Of a DNA stretch of 64,000 bases, positions 60,753 to 64,000 are shown piece by piece. The notes beneath the pieces are model-generated. The model saw nothing but the letters and a program-made list of their open reading frames with translations, was not told where the DNA came from and searched no databases. Position numbers and translations under genes: made by a program. Where the stretch lies: sequence record SRR2962707_3124; one strand, written 5' to 3'. Numbering within the stretch: the first letter of the stretch is position 1; each line of letters opens with the position of its first letter.

Positions 60753-62093
60753 ATGCAAGCTTTGACCAATCTTGCAGCGGCTATTTCCAATGCTGATTTT
60801 TTTGCTGAACCCATTCGCATCGGCGGACGGGTAAAAGTACTGCATGGCAATGGTGTAGTGCTGGAAGGTATGCCCGCCGACCTTCGGTTGGGCGATATGG
60901 TTGAGCTTGTTGATGGTCCGCGCAAGACACGCGCTGAGATTGTCAAAATTTCTGATGATAACGCCTTTGGCATCCCTTGTGGCCCACTCATTGGGATAGC
61001 GCCGCACACGCCAGCTTTTATTGTGCGTCATGAAACATCTACGCTTGTCGATAAAATGTTCGGACGGGTCGTCAACGCATTTGGCGAACCGATAGACGGT
61101 AAGGGCCCGATCCCATTAGCGGACGCGGCACATGCAGTCTCTGCGAATGTGTCGCCCATGCAGCGGGGGCGCGTTGATGTGCCTGTTAAGACGGGCATTC
61201 GTCTGGTTGATATTTTTACGCCTATTTGTATTGGCCAGCGCCTTGGGGTGTTTGCTGGCTCAGGTGTTGGTAAATCAACCACGCTCGCAATGTTTGCCAA
61301 AACGGACGATTTTGATGCGGTCGTGATTGCGCTTGTCGGCGAGCGAAGCCGCGAAGTACGCGAATTTGTTGAAGACACTTTAGGGCCTGAACGGCTAAAG
61401 AAGTCGATCATTGTCGTTGCAACCAGTGATGAAAGCGCTGTGATGCGCAAGCGCGCACCAATGATGGCGATGGACATTGCAAATGAGCTTGCAGATAAGG
61501 GCTTGCGGGTTTTGTGCCTCGTCGATTCAATGACACGATTTGCCCACGCCCTGCGCGAAGTGGCTGTTGCATTAGGCGAACCGCCTGTGTCTCGCGGCTA
61601 TCCGTCATCTGTCTTTACAGAAATGCCAAGGCTGCTTGAAAGGGCAGGGCCAGCGCTTAATGGTTCGACGGGTTCAACCACGATCATCGCAACGGTCCTC
61701 GTTGATGGCGATGATCACAATGATCCTGTATCAGATTCGCTGCGCGGTATTTTAGATGGTCATTTGGTTCTTGACCGCGCACTGGCCAACCGTGGACGCT
61801 GGCCAGCGATTGATCCAACTGCATCTATCTCGCGTCTTGCGACAAAAGTGTGGAGCGAGAGCGAACGCGGACTGGTCTCAAAACTGCGCGCTATGATTAC
61901 GCTTTTTGAGGAGAGCCGAGATTTGCGCATGATGGGTGGATATCAATCGGGTGCCGATCCTGATCTTGATAACGCTGTAGCTCTTGTTCCGGTCATTTAT
62001 GAATTCTTGAAACAAGGCCTAGATGACCCTCTTTCACGCGATGTATTCGCCGACCTCTCTGACCATTTAAAACAGGAAACTGCCACGCCATGA
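60753..62093 (+). CDS. fliI: Flagellum-specific ATPase
   Basis: FAGSGVGKST, GERSREV, DSMTRFA and LDGHLVLDR. Confidence 0.96.
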   Translation: MQALTNLAAAISNADFFAEPIRIGGRVKVLHGNGVVLEGMPADLRLGDMVELVDGPRKTRAEIVKISDDNAFGIPCGPLIGIAPHTPAFIVRHETSTLVDKMFGRVVNAFGEPIDGKGPIPLADAAHAVSANVSPMQRGRVDVPVKTGIRLVDIFTPICIGQRLGVFAGSGVGKSTTLAMFAKTDDFDAVVIALVGERSREVREFVEDTLGPERLKKSIIVVATSDESAVMRKRAPMMAMDIANELADKGLRVLCLVDSMTRFAHALREVAVALGEPPVSRGYPSSVFTEMPRLLERAGPALNGSTGSTTIIATVLVDGDDHNDPVSDSLRGILDGHLVLDRALANRGRWPAIDPTASISRLATKVWSESERGLVSKLRAMITLFEESRDLRMMGGYQSGADPDLDNAVALVPVIYEFLKQGLDDPLSRDVFADLSDHLKQETATP

Positions 62094-62635
62094 GAAGAAA
62101 AAAACTCGTACGGCCATCAATGAGAAAAGGCTGGAATCTTACGCGCGGCGATCTGGGTGCGATCGGATTTGTGTGTATGATGGCGGTTGGCGCAATGTTT
62201 CTGCCCATCGATGTTTACATCAATCCTGATCAGTATTCGGCACCTAAAATGGTATTCTCGCGCCAACGCGCTGGCGGTGATGACGCGCAGCTAACTTATA
62301 TGGCTGGCGGGCGTGCACTTTTTGATTTGGAAGCCAAGCAGTTTCTGCCTGCTTCTAGTAACTCTGGCATCGATTTTACCACTACTGGCACGGTTCAATC
62401 AGCCTCAAAATCTGCCAAGCAAAACATGGTCCCGAGCGTAATTTCAAAAAATATCGAGCTGCTTGCAAGTGACCCAAAACGCGCGCTGGTTATCGATGGT
62501 GATGGTATCTACTTGGTTCGGCCGCAATCACGTTTGCCAGGCGGTGGTCACGTTAAGGCGTTGTCAAATGAAACTGGCAAAAAGCGCCTCATCACCACCC
62601 GATTTGAAATTGTTCAAAGTGCCGAAATCAACTGA
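62090..62635 (+). CDS. Membrane-anchored hypothetical flagellar-cluster protein
   Basis: Single TM, ID..TTG motif, C-terminal RALV.D..G.YLV...SRLP; coupled to fliI by an ATGA overlap. Confidence 0.75.
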   Translation: MRRKKLVRPSMRKGWNLTRGDLGAIGFVCMMAVGAMFLPIDVYINPDQYSAPKMVFSRQRAGGDDAQLTYMAGGRALFDLEAKQFLPASSNSGIDFTTTGTVQSASKSAKQNMVPSVISKNIELLASDPKRALVIDGDGIYLVRPQSRLPGGGHVKALSNETGKKRLITTRFEIVQSAEIN

Positions 62636-62659
62636 TCGGCCCAAACTGAACAGCTAGAC

Positions 62660-62673
62660 AAGCTACAGGCAAG
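62660..62673 (+). promoter_or_regulatory. Flagellar promoter motif (flgB operon)
   Basis: AAGCTACAGGCAAG, then TAGACT 10 nt downstream. Confidence 0.6.
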
Positions 62674-62713
62674 TTCGAAGACGTAGACTCTTAACAGCCT
62701 TAAGAGGAATGTC

Positions 62714-63067
62714 ATGGATTCAGTTTCAGTTTTTTCAATCGCCTCACGCAATGCGCAGTGGGTATCTGCCCGCCAAGCTGTTGTTGCGAGCAATATAGCG
62801 AATGCTGGCGTCTCTACCTACAAAGCGTCCGATACTGTTTCGTTCGCTGAGACTTTGCAAAACGAAGCCGGTAAATTGATCGCGACAAATAGTAAGCATA
62901 TGGCGAGCGCGAACTCTATTGGCGACATCGCTACAGAAAGCACGGGTAAGCGCGTGTCGCTTGAAGACGAACTTGTTAAATCTGCGGATGTTCGCAACCA
63001 AGCACAACTCAATACAGCAATCGTGTCATCATTTCATCGGTTACTCCTCATGACAGTGAGGGTGTAA
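62714..63067 (+). CDS. flgB: Flagellar rod protein FlgB
   Basis: RQAVVASNIANA....YKA.D and VSLEDEL. Confidence 0.93.
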   Translation: MDSVSVFSIASRNAQWVSARQAVVASNIANAGVSTYKASDTVSFAETLQNEAGKLIATNSKHMASANSIGDIATESTGKRVSLEDELVKSADVRNQAQLNTAIVSSFHRLLLMTVRV

Positions 63068-63486
63068 TGGATAATTTAGCAGTCAGTCTTAAAGTTTCCG
63101 CGTCTGGCCTAAGTGCAGAATCGATGCGTATGCGCGTCGTCTCCGAGAATTTGGCCAATGCGCAATCAACATCAAATGTGGCGGGCGGTGATCCCTACAC
63201 GCGCAAAATTGTGACGTTCAATAGTCACATGATGCGCGAAGCAGGTTCCGCTATGGTGAGTATAAACGGTGTGACAACGGATAAGCGCGCCTATATCACC
63301 GAATTTGATCCGGGTAATCCTGCGGCCGATGCGTCGGGATTTGTGAAAAAGCCAAATGTAAATCCAATCATTGAAATGGCCGATATGCGCGACACGAACC
63401 GCGCCTACCAAGCCAATCTTCAGATATTCAAACAAGCACGTGATCTGATTTCGATGACGATTGATTTGATGAGGTCTGGACGATGA
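63067..63486 (+). CDS. flgC: Flagellar rod protein FlgC
   Basis: RMRVVSENLANA.ST, PYTRK and PNVN..IEMADM...NRAYQAN. Confidence 0.96.
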   Translation: MDNLAVSLKVSASGLSAESMRMRVVSENLANAQSTSNVAGGDPYTRKIVTFNSHMMREAGSAMVSINGVTTDKRAYITEFDPGNPAADASGFVKKPNVNPIIEMADMRDTNRAYQANLQIFKQARDLISMTIDLMRSGR

Positions 63487-63785
63487 TTAGTTCTATTGGT
63501 CAAATCGGTTCAAGCGCTGCATCGGGTGTCGCCGACATCTCTAAGTCAGCGCCGAGCGCATCTCCTGAAACATCGTTCGCACAAGTCTTGGCAGACATGG
63601 CTAGTAATACTGTCGGCTCTGTAAAAGCGGCCGATAACATGGCCGTGCAAGGCATTATGGGCAAAGCAGATACCCGCGAAGTGGTCGATGCGGTGATGAA
63701 GGCTGAGCAAGCGCTTCAGGCGTCAATTGCTATTCGCGACAAGATCGTGACGGCTTATCTCGAAACAACACGGATGGCTATTTAA
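63483..63785 (+). CDS. fliE: Hook-basal body protein FliE
   Basis: SFAQVL...AEQALQ...AIRDKIV.AY.E..RMAI. Confidence 0.94.
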   Translation: MISSIGQIGSSAASGVADISKSAPSASPETSFAQVLADMASNTVGSVKAADNMAVQGIMGKADTREVVDAVMKAEQALQASIAIRDKIVTAYLETTRMAI

Positions 63786-63794
63786 GTTATGACA

Positions 63795-64000
63795 ATGAAA
63801 GCCCTATCAATTGCTGCAACGGGCATGAATGCCCAGCAAACCAATCTTGAAGTCATCGCCAACAACATTGCCAATGTGAACACCACGGGCTTTAAGCGGG
63901 CTCGCGCTGAGTTCTCCGATTTGCTTTATCAAACCGAACGCGCTGAAGGTACGCCCAACCGCGCCAACCAAAACATTGTTCCAGAAGGTGTCAATATTGG
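63795..64000 (+). CDS. flgG: Flagellar distal rod protein FlgG (partial, runs off window)
   Basis: Manual translation [46 protein letters not shown]... Confidence 0.95.
   Translation, partial: MKALSIAATGMNAQQTNLEVIANNIANVNTTGFKRARAEFSDLLYQTERAEGTPNRANQNIVPEGVNI

Overview
Chromosomal core and metabolic region of an alphaproteobacterium of order Hyphomicrobiales (Rhizobiales). The moderate GC and choline-sulfate genes suggest a marine Ahrensia/Phyllobacteriaceae-like organism (inference). Gene order: fnrN-like regulator, hemerythrin-like gene, cbb3 oxidase ccoNOQP-GHIS (ccoQ and ccoS are missing from the ORF track), pntAB, betICBA divergent from choXWV, galU, trhO, a stand-alone DUF3380 muramidase, eda, a TRAP binding protein, puuD, an Inh-like protein, a 2-hydroxyacid dehydrogenase, a PckR-like LacI regulator, 8-oxoguanine deaminase, ornithine decarboxylase with its speF/alpha-r45 leader RNA, LysR, a DUF1007/NicO metal-transport pair, SDRs, TetR, TRAP QM, a membrane GGDEF-EAL protein next to a FeeM-like synthase, aa3 subunit IV, a TPR protein, rpsU, soxBDAG and the start of the flagellar cluster (flhB to flgG). 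No mobile elements, CRISPR arrays, rRNA or tRNA were seen. The best novelty candidates are non-coding: a probable CtrA-driven anti-Shine-Dalgarno sRNA at about 39.6 kb, a CxxC-encoding uORF in the speF leader, a PckR-like operator upstream of pntAB and a shared flagellar promoter motif. Two protein-level candidates are the FeeM plus c-di-GMP enzyme pair and the orphan muramidase. All calls rest on motif recognition by eye; no database searches were run.
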